Virus record (IMG/VR): IMGVR_UViG_3300042258_000071
Coordinates: 160,001 to 224,000 of that record
DNA from: a virus
Lineage: Duplodnaviria > Caudoviricetes
Reading direction: 5' to 3' (one strand)
Length of the DNA stretch: 64,000 nucleotides
Of the stretch, positions 10,217-19,469 are shown piece by piece. Position 1 is the stretch's first letter. Every line of letters begins with the position of its first letter. Below the pieces are notes generated by a model, which had not been told where the DNA came from, did not search any database, and saw only the letters and a list, made by a program, of their open reading frames with translations. Position numbers and translations under genes: made by a program.

Positions 10217-10774
10217 ATGAAAGTGCTAATAGACGTTCTAAATCCACAAACATTGGACCATGTTTTAAAGTATGATTCTTGTAGTGAAAGTGACACTGAT
10301 GATGGCGTTGAGAAAGTTTATGTTCTGGGAGAAATTACTCCCTCAACTATAAAACTTCGTGGGGGTGTATTTGGATCTCATTTAAATGGCGTTACCAGTC
10401 AAACTTTTGGCTGTGAAAGATACTTTGAGCAACCAGACGATCCTGCTTTGAAATTCTACGAACCCTCAGATCCCGATCGTTATCGTTGTGGCATCATTGA
10501 ATGCCAGACCATTCAAATCATCAATGATGTTAAATCTCCTCTATTCTACTTGAAACCTGAACTGAATTGTTATGAACACCAGGTGGCACTTAAGGTGCAC
10601 CTCCATCTTGAGATCTACTGTAAAACTGGTGAGATCAAACATGTTAGTGATCCGAAGGTTGAACTATTGACAGATGGGACGCTAACCCCTTATGATGTCA
10701 AACGTCTTTATGATTATGCCTATGAAATTGATTTTTGTTTCACAGATATCATCGCAGAGATAACTGTCATCTAA
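10217..10774 (+). CDS. Hypothetical protein
   Basis: 185-aa ORF followed by GNRA-loop hairpin 10799-10820. Confidence 0.75.
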   Translation: MKVLIDVLNPQTLDHVLKYDSCSESDTDDGVEKVYVLGEITPSTIKLRGGVFGSHLNGVTSQTFGCERYFEQPDDPALKFYEPSDPDRYRCGIIECQTIQIINDVKSPLFYLKPELNCYEHQVALKVHLHLEIYCKTGEIKHVSDPKVELLTDGTLTPYDVKRLYDYAYEIDFCFTDIIAEITVI

Positions 10775-10909
10775 AAGGATAAGTTTACGAGGATAGAGGG
10801 AGAGAGTGAAAACTCTCTCCTTATTTATTATGCCTTATTCTGTTCAAACATCGGATGCTTGGAACCCAGTTCAGAGCCAGCATGATCGAAGTGAATGGAG
10901 GAAAAGAAG

Positions 10910-11398
10910 ATGTCATATGTTACGTATATTGGACATCCTGCTGTCGCAGATACCCCCACCAGAAACGGTACGGTGTATACAAAAGTCTGCGATCGAGCGT
11001 GTCATATCGGAACTTGTTGCCATGGGTACAGATATCCCCGTAGTAATAAATTCCGGATCTCCTATCCGCGATGGAAAATTGGAGATAAATCCAACTGATG
11101 TATGCGGATTCGCCAACAAACTCTACCTGGAAGGTAAAAATTTACGGTGTGAGGTAGTTATGCTCTCACATGGAAAATCTCTTCATTCCGGGGTTAGTTT
11201 TGAAGACTATGGATTGATATCACAGATCGTCGTATGGTTGGTACAACTCAAGAAATTGATCGGTTCACGATCCATTCAATTGGGGTAATCGATATGTCAA
11301 ATTCCTCTTCGGGATTTGACATGCCGTTACAAAGGCTTACCACGGAAAAAAATTCTGACAAACGCGTTAATCACGAATCTCCCAAAACTGAAGAATAA
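10910..11398 (+). pseudogene. Prohead-protease-like gene with two compensating frameshifts
   Basis: GGAGG SD before ATG 10910; ADTPTRNGTVYTK joins SAIERVI if one A of A4 (10981-10984) is removed; C-terminus appears to resume in the original frame after ~11220. Confidence 0.6.
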
Positions 11399-11606
11399 CC
11401 ATCTGATGGGTTACAGAAAACGTATGCCTTCTGTAATATCGTATTCCGATCGGTGACACACAACTGCCCACTTATAATTAAATCAACTGGGGTCAACCTA
11501 TAGATTGCGTACATGATTCGAGATCGGCACTCTACAACCTAAAGATTTATAGGAATACGCATTAACGAAAAGTGTCCACTAGCGCTCAATGAAAGGTATA
11601 TTTACT

Positions 11607-12083
11607 ATGACCATCAATGTCATTTCGGCTTTCCCAGGTACTGGAAAATCCCACTTCGCCGCAATCAGAAACAAGAACAATATCCCTACTCACGATTCCG
11701 ACTCATCAAAGTTTCCCAAGGGAAACGGAGAATTCCCAGACAACTATATTGAGCACATCAAAACGATTATTACCAATAATGAACAAATACTGGTAAGTAG
11801 CCATGACGACGTTCGAAAGGCACTAAAGCGTTCCGGTATTCGCTTTATTTTAGTATTCCCCGAGATTACCTGTAAATCGGAATACCTTGAACGATATAGA
11901 CGTCGGGGATCCCCAGATGCGTTTGTTCAGATGATGGAAGATAACTGGGAAAAGTTTATCGAATCGTGTGTTTTTGACCAAAATTGCACACAACGAATCA
12001 TTCTCAACCCGGGCACCTACATATCCGATATTTTCATTCCACGTACGTCCCCTACCAGCATCATTCCGTTGGATGATAACTGA
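11607..12083 (+). CDS. P-loop nucleotide-kinase-like protein
   Basis: VISAFPGTGKS Walker A; DSDSS, FPDNYI, LVSSH. Confidence 0.8.
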   Translation: MTINVISAFPGTGKSHFAAIRNKNNIPTHDSDSSKFPKGNGEFPDNYIEHIKTIITNNEQILVSSHDDVRKALKRSGIRFILVFPEITCKSEYLERYRRRGSPDAFVQMMEDNWEKFIESCVFDQNCTQRIILNPGTYISDIFIPRTSPTSIIPLDDN

Positions 12084-12238
12084 CACTGTATTGGAAATAA
12101 TCGTGCGTCGTAACACTCAAAATCGGTACACCATGTCCATCTAAATTAAACGAAATAAAGGACGACGTGAAGGGGCATGCAATCGCTCGGTGTGCTCCGA
12201 TCACGTGTTTGTATGATATCACTTAAAAGGAATATCTG

Positions 12239-12988
12239 ATGAATTTTACCAATATCATCCGAGAAGCTATTGATACTGCGGTCAATACCGGTCATCTTCA
12301 TGATCCAGATGAGGGGTTATCATCGTTAATACGGGATGGCCTGATACATGGTCAGGTGACAATTGATGAGATGGCCACCTGTTTGACAGTCCTTCTTGTC
12401 GAAGGTCAAGGTCCTCGGTTGAGACTGCGCACGGGGTACAATGATCGGGGCGATAAACGGGTTGCCGTCGGTTACGTTGGTGGGATCTTTGAAGATCCGG
12501 ATACCATGAAAAAAGAGTTTGCGTGGGGAGAGGGCGGAACATTACTAGAAGCATGTATTGCTCTCCACCGTAAATTCACCTCATCGGTGATATTGACGGT
12601 GTATGAACTTGCACATCGCAGTACTTCAACCAAATACTTGTGCCCGTTTGGCAGCCGAGGACACAAAGTATATGCTGAAGAGATGAACTCTGAGGAAATT
12701 AGTATGCATATCGATTTCCCGTACAACCTTGAAGCATTGATGCAACACTCCGAAGATACGATACGCGGATTTTCACTAAAATATTACGCCAATGAAAGTG
12801 GATCATCCGTGACGCTAAAATTACGTAAAACTGGTATGCATTTTGTTGCGGCATCTCTCTCAGATGCGATCGCATCGGCGTGCCACTATATTCCGGATTT
12901 TGACATGGCCACTCAACGGCCATGTATCAGTGATGGGAAACTCTGCATCGTGGATATCTTCCAGTGGAAAGACGATCCATCTATCTGA
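12239..12988 (+). CDS. Hypothetical protein
   Basis: 249-aa ORF, SD AAGGA. Confidence 0.8.
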   Translation: MNFTNIIREAIDTAVNTGHLHDPDEGLSSLIRDGLIHGQVTIDEMATCLTVLLVEGQGPRLRLRTGYNDRGDKRVAVGYVGGIFEDPDTMKKEFAWGEGGTLLEACIALHRKFTSSVILTVYELAHRSTSTKYLCPFGSRGHKVYAEEMNSEEISMHIDFPYNLEALMQHSEDTIRGFSLKYYANESGSSVTLKLRKTGMHFVAASLSDAIASACHYIPDFDMATQRPCISDGKLCIVDIFQWKDDPSI

Positions 12989-13006
12989 CTAGAGGCGTAT
13001 TCCTGT

Positions 13007-13240
13007 ATGGGAAAATTAACCAAAACACAACGTTTAAAGAGACGCTTTTCTCGCGTCTCTGAGCGATTTGGTAGAGTGCAAAACTATCTTGACGATTATA
13101 CTGCAATTGCTCTCCAGACACAATTTAAGGTGCTTAGTTTCGACATTGCAATACAGCACGACAAACCGTATGCACTTGAACGTCGTATAGACCAATTGGG
13201 TCACAGACTTTCACTATATACTGCAGTAAGTACTTTATAA
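13007..13240 (+). CDS. Small basic hypothetical protein
   Basis: SD GAGG, 77 aa. Confidence 0.65.
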   Translation: MGKLTKTQRLKRRFSRVSERFGRVQNYLDDYTAIALQTQFKVLSFDIAIQHDKPYALERRIDQLGHRLSLYTAVSTL

Positions 13241-13285
13241 TGTGAATATCAGTTTCAATCTCAAACATACAGAAAGGCTCCGGTT

Positions 13286-13873
13286 ATGGATTTTGATCAA
13301 TGGGTATCAAATGCTGAGTTGGCCGGCCTATTCACGGCGGAGGAATATCCCGGTGATAAATTTGGCAATTACGGCGGAATGCCTCCAAATCATCTGTTTT
13401 ATTATGCAACAAGTGGCATGATTAATGGACTCGTTAATTATGTCAATATTTCCAGAGGGTTCTTAACCAATCGAAACGGACAGCATTTAAAGGAAGATTT
13501 GGAAGACCAATTTGAAGATGGGGGTCACTGTCTTGAAAGCCTAAGTGCTGAAGATCGATATCAACGATTCCTTAATATATTGGAGTCGAGGCACAACTTC
13601 GATCCCAACATCTTTGACGATGTGATCTTGTTCGGAGAAACGGACTTCGATCTGTGGATGTTGGAATATGCACAATCTGGACGTTCCCGTATCATGCGGG
13701 TGGCGAAGAAAACCTTTCCAGACATGTCCCTGTCGGAACTGATCGCTATGGTGGAACAACGTCATTCGAAATGCTGGCAACGTGAGGATAATGATCCTCA
13801 TGGATTTGGCAATGGCGATGCTCCTATGTTCTTGGAAATTCGTCGACAACAGTGGGGTTGGATTTCCGAATAA
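13286..13873 (+). CDS. Hypothetical protein
   Basis: 195-aa ORF, SD AAGG. Confidence 0.8.
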   Translation: MDFDQWVSNAELAGLFTAEEYPGDKFGNYGGMPPNHLFYYATSGMINGLVNYVNISRGFLTNRNGQHLKEDLEDQFEDGGHCLESLSAEDRYQRFLNILESRHNFDPNIFDDVILFGETDFDLWMLEYAQSGRSRIMRVAKKTFPDMSLSELIAMVEQRHSKCWQREDNDPHGFGNGDAPMFLEIRRQQWGWISE

Positions 13874-13937
13874 ACCCTATTGATATCCGATAGCAGGCCA
13901 AAGCCCCACTACCTATGATCATTGATTCTTTGATAAT

Positions 13938-14363
13938 TTGAAAGCCCTGAACATGAAATTATATCATACGACCGTCGATGAACTGTCCAATCTCATCGGT
14001 AACATTTCTGAAGATTATCTCGCATGTTCCTACAACGATCGCGATGTCATGACACTCATGTGCGAACGCGATATCGGTTCTGGTAAACGATCTCCATGGG
14101 GAGGTTGGGGCATTGTTGATTTCATGAAAGAAAAACTGACTCCAGCCGGAGTGGTGCTGGAAGATTACTTCTGGGAAGTCGTTCTCCATGTTGGCGTTTG
14201 GCCGGGTTTGGATGGTACGTACGAACTAGGCTCCGCTGAGTTTAAAGAATACGTCCTCAGTGAAAAATCGTTATTCCATTCGGAAGATAGGGACTTAACG
14301 ATGCGCACCATGGATAGCGTTATTAACCGGTTTAAAGAACGAAGGACTTCAGAAGAGGTATAA
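13938..14363 (+). CDS. Hypothetical protein
   Basis: 141-aa ORF, start uncertain. Confidence 0.7.
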   Translation: MKALNMKLYHTTVDELSNLIGNISEDYLACSYNDRDVMTLMCERDIGSGKRSPWGGWGIVDFMKEKLTPAGVVLEDYFWEVVLHVGVWPGLDGTYELGSAEFKEYVLSEKSLFHSEDRDLTMRTMDSVINRFKERRTSEEV

Positions 14364-14374
14364 TCAGGATACTA

Positions 14375-14425
14375 TACATAATAGTGGAGTGTGAAATTTC
14401 ACATTCCACTTCTATTTTAACAAAA
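14375..14425 (+). repeat. Hairpin-containing direct repeat, copy 2
   Basis: 46/51 identical to 10121-10171. Confidence 0.9.
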
Positions 14426-14528
14426 TAATTCATTTGTATATACTAGAAGTGTATACCTCACTCGGAAGTTGACGATGATGTTGATTGTAGTGAGTAATGT
14501 TAACTGTCCTGATGAATAGGATATCGAC

Positions 14529-15716
14529 ATGAATACGGAAATGAGACTCAATCTCTTTGAGACTGTAAACGATTCAGCGATTGTTGATTTGGTTGTGGAG
14601 TTTGTTTATGACTGGAATGCCCTTGTTAGAAAGGAGCTCAGTGAACGTAATAACGTTATAAGACTGAGTGCGGTCGAATCAGGTTCGTTCAAATTATACA
14701 TGAAATTCTGGGAAGATTTGAATGCAGAAGTAAAACCTCTGTTTCTATCAGATCGGGAAATCTCTGAAGCATCACTAATATCAGGTGACACCTCGATCAG
14801 TTCACTAGATACCAATGCCCCAGTTGAGTGTAATATTGGTAACTCAAATGTTTATTCACAAAAGAATGGTGGGGACACCCCTTCTTTCTTCGATGGAGCA
14901 GGACGTAAACGCCTATCACCGACCTATCGGGTGAACTGGTTTGAAGATAATGTGATGCTTGATTATGTCGGTGGGATTCAGGTGGAATCTCAGTTTTCTT
15001 ACATCGGGTTTGGGCGCATTGAGAAACTTGTTGTGTTCTCTGCTTTGGAAACATGCCCCCGCCACAATATCTTTAAAAATATGAGACAGGTTTACCAGGA
15101 TTTGTTTCAGTTCATAGCCACTGAAATTTTCCCTCTCACTCAAAAAGTGTCTCTTGATGAAAACCCCGATGAAAGTATGAAATTAGAGAAAAATGCTAGT
15201 TGGCTTTATTGGGAAATCATGATGACGCATCTATTCAATAGTGAATTCCCAAAAGCTAGTAAAAATCTATGGTGGAAGCTACCTGAAGCTACCTCAAATC
15301 TTTTGACCAAATTTAAAATAACTGAGAAATACAAAGAGGTACTAAATTCTAAATATATAATCTTGCATAAACATATCTTTGACTTTCTCTCTCGCAAATA
15401 TGGGATGATTGGATATTCTAACGGAGTAGGACTTTGTCAAATATCTAAAGAAACTTGGCATAACTGCTTTCAGAATCCTCCGGAAAACATCACTATCCCT
15501 ATTCCAGGATTTGGGGAAGTATCAGCACTGATGACGATCTATCGTTATGCTCAATATCGATGCAAGCCTTTCGGATTCAGAGCATGGCAAACCCCTCAGA
15601 AAGATGCTGTTCATTCTGTCTTAAAATGTCCTCATGGAAAAGATCCTTTCGATCAAAAGAAGCGTCATGAGAAATATCGTACTGTAACAGAGAATGACAT
15701 TGTCCCTATGGATTAA
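14529..15716 (+). CDS. Hypothetical protein
   Basis: 395-aa ORF, SD AGGA. Confidence 0.85.
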   Translation: MNTEMRLNLFETVNDSAIVDLVVEFVYDWNALVRKELSERNNVIRLSAVESGSFKLYMKFWEDLNAEVKPLFLSDREISEASLISGDTSISSLDTNAPVECNIGNSNVYSQKNGGDTPSFFDGAGRKRLSPTYRVNWFEDNVMLDYVGGIQVESQFSYIGFGRIEKLVVFSALETCPRHNIFKNMRQVYQDLFQFIATEIFPLTQKVSLDENPDESMKLEKNASWLYWEIMMTHLFNSEFPKASKNLWWKLPEATSNLLTKFKITEKYKEVLNSKYIILHKHIFDFLSRKYGMIGYSNGVGLCQISKETWHNCFQNPPENITIPIPGFGEVSALMTIYRYAQYRCKPFGFRAWQTPQKDAVHSVLKCPHGKDPFDQKKRHEKYRTVTENDIVPMD

Positions 15717-15872
15717 TCATTATTTAAGAGATAAGGAGGTAACATCTAATGCCGACTTCTCAAAAGAACGGGTACAATTAATCACTGTTACGTGGTCTTA
15801 GGTAGAACAACAAACTCAGGGGAGGGACATTTGTCCCTCCCCTTTATATTCTACATGAAAGGAAAACCCACC

Positions 15873-16514
15873 ATGGCTGACGCATTTGATCCTAAATCAC
15901 TCCTTGATGGGATGGATGAAATTTCTGGAAAACAGGAATTCGTACGGTTCATGCCAATTAACATGATCATGATTGAGAAATATGATCAAAGAGAAAACCC
16001 ATTCCCAGTGAGTGTGGATCACCTTGTTCCATTCACCGATGCCTCGTCAAACACTAATATACATCTAAGGACCCCGACTTCCGACTCCACTGCGCATCAA
16101 AACAACATATCTTTCTGGTTCGGCGGATTTAGCGTGATTCTACAAGATCTTTCGCACGCTATACATGGAACGCCGCCAAAAGGTAAATCACTGACAACGC
16201 GCGTAGGCTCATCAGCTACGGGTCAGTCCATGCTAGCGCATTTTGTTGGATATCGGTCGTATTGGATGACAACCTTGGTGTTTGATGATGCTAGAAACGA
16301 AAAGAAGTATAAGTATCTACGGGTATTCCTACATGGAACTGTCAAGAAACACATCTCCGAGAAGGAAGAAGCTGTAATACTTTCACAGGTTGACGATCTA
16401 TTGGATCAGATATGTAAACGTATGTTTGGGGACATGTCAGAAGAAGTATTTGAGAGAAGATGTCAGGACACCATAACGTCCCATGTGATTACCATGATAC
16501 GTGACAACGCCTGA
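15873..16514 (+). CDS. Hypothetical protein
   Basis: SD AAGGA before ATG 15873, after hairpin 15818-15843. Confidence 0.75.
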   Translation: MADAFDPKSLLDGMDEISGKQEFVRFMPINMIMIEKYDQRENPFPVSVDHLVPFTDASSNTNIHLRTPTSDSTAHQNNISFWFGGFSVILQDLSHAIHGTPPKGKSLTTRVGSSATGQSMLAHFVGYRSYWMTTLVFDDARNEKKYKYLRVFLHGTVKKHISEKEEAVILSQVDDLLDQICKRMFGDMSEEVFERRCQDTITSHVITMIRDNA

Positions 16515-17079
16515 CCATATGAGGTTTGATATGAAAAATTTAAAATACGTTCACCATATAACTCAGCCTACAAATTTCTCATGTGCACATGCTTGCCTTT
16601 CTATGGTAACTGGCATTGATGTATATGATATCATTTCAAGATGGACACGCCCCATTTCTCACTGGGAAGTGTTGACAATATTAAGTGAAGAAGGGATTGG
16701 GATGATCCCGTATCTTCCAGGTGTTGGAGATCCTTTCGATCACACTGGGGTTTATCTTGTCACAGTTCCAAGTCTTAATAAGTCTGGTGTAACACACTCT
16801 GTCATCATGACATTGGATGAAGAAGGTGAGTACACTGTATATGATCCTAACAAAGGACGACAGATCAATAAGGATCAGTTATTCAGCGATGACCAGTCTA
16901 AATCTGAAAAAGTGATACGATACTACACTGCAGATAACTTCTTCATTAGGAATCATAATTCAGATATTCCACCCATGAGGTGCTGTGAAGCATTTAGATT
17001 AATATCCCTAAGAGACCATCGAGCAACACCAGCTCGGATCGATCGCATGCAAAAACTTCTTAATATTACTCAAGCTTAA
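16501..17079 (+). CDS. C39-like cysteine peptidase
   Basis: QPTNFSCAHACLSM (Q..C), THSVIM (H), VYDPN (D). Confidence 0.75.
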   Translation: MTTPDHMRFDMKNLKYVHHITQPTNFSCAHACLSMVTGIDVYDIISRWTRPISHWEVLTILSEEGIGMIPYLPGVGDPFDHTGVYLVTVPSLNKSGVTHSVIMTLDEEGEYTVYDPNKGRQINKDQLFSDDQSKSEKVIRYYTADNFFIRNHNSDIPPMRCCEAFRLISLRDHRATPARIDRMQKLLNITQA

Positions 17080-17092
17080 AACTAGGTGAAAG

Positions 17093-17400
17093 TTGATGAA
17101 CAGAAATGATGTCCCCATGAAAAAGAAAATGTCAATTCAAGATAGGGGTAATTTAGAGACCATCTATAGAAACCTGGTATCCCTCCGAGAAGAACTTTAT
17201 GAAACACAAACAGTTTTAACACCTTCTGAAATTACCATTATAGATAAACTGTCCAATGAATTGATTAAAATTCGAAATCAAGATATGATTATAAATAACA
17301 ATTCAAATGTCTTATCAAAGGAGATTGCATCTAAATGGGGTTATCTACAGGACGAGTATCTCAAATATTGAAAAATTGTTTCTTAAAAAGTTCCAACTAA
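17093..17400 (+). pseudogene. HTH protein frameshifted at G4 (17337-17340)
   Basis: Adding one G gives KEIASKWGLSTGRVSQIL, a canonical HTH, and a stop at 17400 just before the next gene. Confidence 0.7.
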
Positions 17401-17404
17401 AAAC

Positions 17405-17869
17405 ATGAAGATTTACCATTACTCACCATCATTTATTATGAATGTATCATCTTTACATTCTAGGACTCAGGACTATACAAATGTTTACTGCTACTTCTTC
17501 TTTGAGCCCATTCCAATGAACCTCATTAAAGAGCATTTCAGTGAAACATCTCCACTCCTAAGACATGGAGAGTTATGGGAGAATATTATCGATATAGATG
17601 AACTCCCTCCTTCTCTTCCCTTTGAAATATTAGAAACAGATCACCTATTTAAACAGGTATTGTCGGGTATTGGAAATGATGACCTTAAAGGGTATACTGA
17701 ACTTTTTAAAGGTATGACCCATAAAGCATATGAAGATCTGATCAATCGAGCAGATTTTGAGGATTTCAATAAAGAGTATTATGCACCATATGTTCCACAT
17801 CTTAAATTAAGAACGGACGACTTTGAAATACCAATACATTCAAAAATTGAAATATTGTCATTTTTATAA
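17405..17869 (+). CDS. Hypothetical protein, paralogue of 23287-23871
   Basis: Shared YHYSP, FF(E/D)P(I/V)P, I(L/V)ET, AY..L..R.DF, YYA..VPH. Confidence 0.8.
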   Translation: MKIYHYSPSFIMNVSSLHSRTQDYTNVYCYFFFEPIPMNLIKEHFSETSPLLRHGELWENIIDIDELPPSLPFEILETDHLFKQVLSGIGNDDLKGYTELFKGMTHKAYEDLINRADFEDFNKEYYAPYVPHLKLRTDDFEIPIHSKIEILSFL

Positions 17870-17898
17870 GAAAACATGTATGACGATGCGAATTTATG

Positions 17899-17935
17899 GA
17901 GTGGGGATTTTTAATCCCCACTCTTACTTTTTTTT
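17899..17935 (+). terminator. Terminator hairpin
   Basis: GAGTGGGGATT-ttt-AATCCCCACTC plus T-tract. Confidence 0.8.
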
Positions 17936-17963
17936 ACGTGTGATGTTTAATCGATTTCAGGTA

Positions 17964-17979
17964 TATATTACTTATATGA
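17964..17979 (+). promoter_or_regulatory. Early promoter TATATTAC-N5-TGA
   Basis: TATATTACttataTGA. Confidence 0.8.
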
Positions 17980-18141
17980 AATTTGTCCAGCTTCTATCCA
18001 TTATTAAAAATGGTGAAAAACTTAGATCCATCTCTGGACATGACATTATTAAATCTGATGAAACCGATATGGATCACCGATGCGGACTTTTGGCCTACGG
18101 CTTCTGACGTTGTAAAAACCTCATCCTAAAAGGAAATCTTC

Positions 18142-18606
18142 ATGGACAATAATCTAAGAGTAGTGCGCAGAATATCAAAGATGTCTTCCAAGGAATTTGC
18201 AACGAAAATAGGACTTCATTATTCAGTAGTTTATTCATTGGAACGGCTGAATCCTAATGTGGATAGATTTCCATTCCAGCGTTTCATGGAGATCTCGGAG
18301 ATACTTAAGTGCCCGATCGAAACTCTTCTCCCGGGCATTGATACCTATGCGCGCAATCGAATACAAAGGGGGGAGAACCCTTTGCGAGTATATCGTGTCA
18401 TGAAGGGGATTAGTCAGGATGAGCTGGGAGAGATGATTGGGATCTCACAATCGATGATGACCAGATATGAACTGGGTGAAAGTATTCCGGCAATCCCTCT
18501 TGTGTTCAAATGTGCAAAGATCCTCATGTGTGATCCAGTGGAACTCTTTAATTTCTATAAAGATATGGAGTCACATGAAGACGGAACCAGAGCCACTCTC
18601 AAGTAG
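18142..18606 (+). CDS. Tandem XRE/Cro-type HTH regulator
   Basis: Two HTH_XRE units: NLRVVR..SSKEFATKIGL and LRVYR..GISQDELGEMIGISQSMMTRYE. Confidence 0.9.
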   Translation: MDNNLRVVRRISKMSSKEFATKIGLHYSVVYSLERLNPNVDRFPFQRFMEISEILKCPIETLLPGIDTYARNRIQRGENPLRVYRVMKGISQDELGEMIGISQSMMTRYELGESIPAIPLVFKCAKILMCDPVELFNFYKDMESHEDGTRATLK

Positions 18607-18635
18607 TATATCTCTGGTGAATAACCTTTTACATG

Positions 18636-18661
18636 TAGATGGGAAGCATGCTTCCCATCTA
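18636..18661. terminator. Perfect 26-bp palindrome
   Basis: TAGATGGGAAGCATGCTTCCCATCTA. Confidence 0.65.
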
Positions 18662-18687
18662 TACTTCTTAATCTTGGAGGTCTCTAT

Positions 18688-18897
18688 ATGCAAATACGAA
18701 ACCATGTAAATAAAAAAATGAGATGTCGGGGGCCTGATAAAGAACCCTCTAATCATAGACAGAAACGAAAGGGTAGGAGATTATCTAAAAAGATAGGAAC
18801 TAGAATGGCACGAAGGAGGTTTAATCGCGATTTCAATCTAAGGACTAATTTGGCGTGGGTTCTATCTAGAGAAGAGACAGATTATTATAGAAGATAA
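18688..18897 (+). CDS. Small Arg/Lys-rich protein
   Basis: SD GGAGG; highly basic 69 aa. Confidence 0.7.
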   Translation: MQIRNHVNKKMRCRGPDKEPSNHRQKRKGRRLSKKIGTRMARRRFNRDFNLRTNLAWVLSREETDYYRR

Positions 18898-19107
18898 GTA
18901 TACGTCATATATGTTAGAATTATTGTTATGGAAATATCTAACTACTATTAGATATACTTAACATACACATCTAACATATTTGTATATTTTAAATAAGTAT
19001 CCTTAGAGATCATTTAGAAAACTTATTATATCTAATGATCCCTAAGGATGTTTCTAATAATCAATTTCTTTTTGTTAAAATCCGTAGTGTTATATTAGGA
19101 GATTTTT

Positions 19108-19419
19108 GTGACAACTATTTACGATTTACATATGAAGACTCTTGTCGAGAGCCTTGCATTGGATACTAAGGCTTTATGGGTATCGATTTCAAAAACGAAT
19201 GAGACTTTAAATTCTCACCAGCGGCTTGCACGTGCGAATGCATACAGACAGCTAACGGGCATTGTTTCCATTAAAACTTTCTCCGAATTTAAGCATGTGG
19301 CAGATAGTCTACTTGATATCAAAATTCACTCTATGGGGATGTCATATAGCACGTCTGAATCCCCCATAGAAACGCGCGTGTATCTTCAGGATGATGGCAC
19401 TATGCGCGCGCGATATTAA
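19108..19419 (+). CDS. Hypothetical protein
   Basis: SD AGGAG plus GTG start. Confidence 0.75.
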   Translation: MTTIYDLHMKTLVESLALDTKALWVSISKTNETLNSHQRLARANAYRQLTGIVSIKTFSEFKHVADSLLDIKIHSMGMSYSTSESPIETRVYLQDDGTMRARY

Positions 19420-19469
19420 AAACACTGTTGTACTAAACTAAACACTTCCAACCAATAAAGGATATAGAA

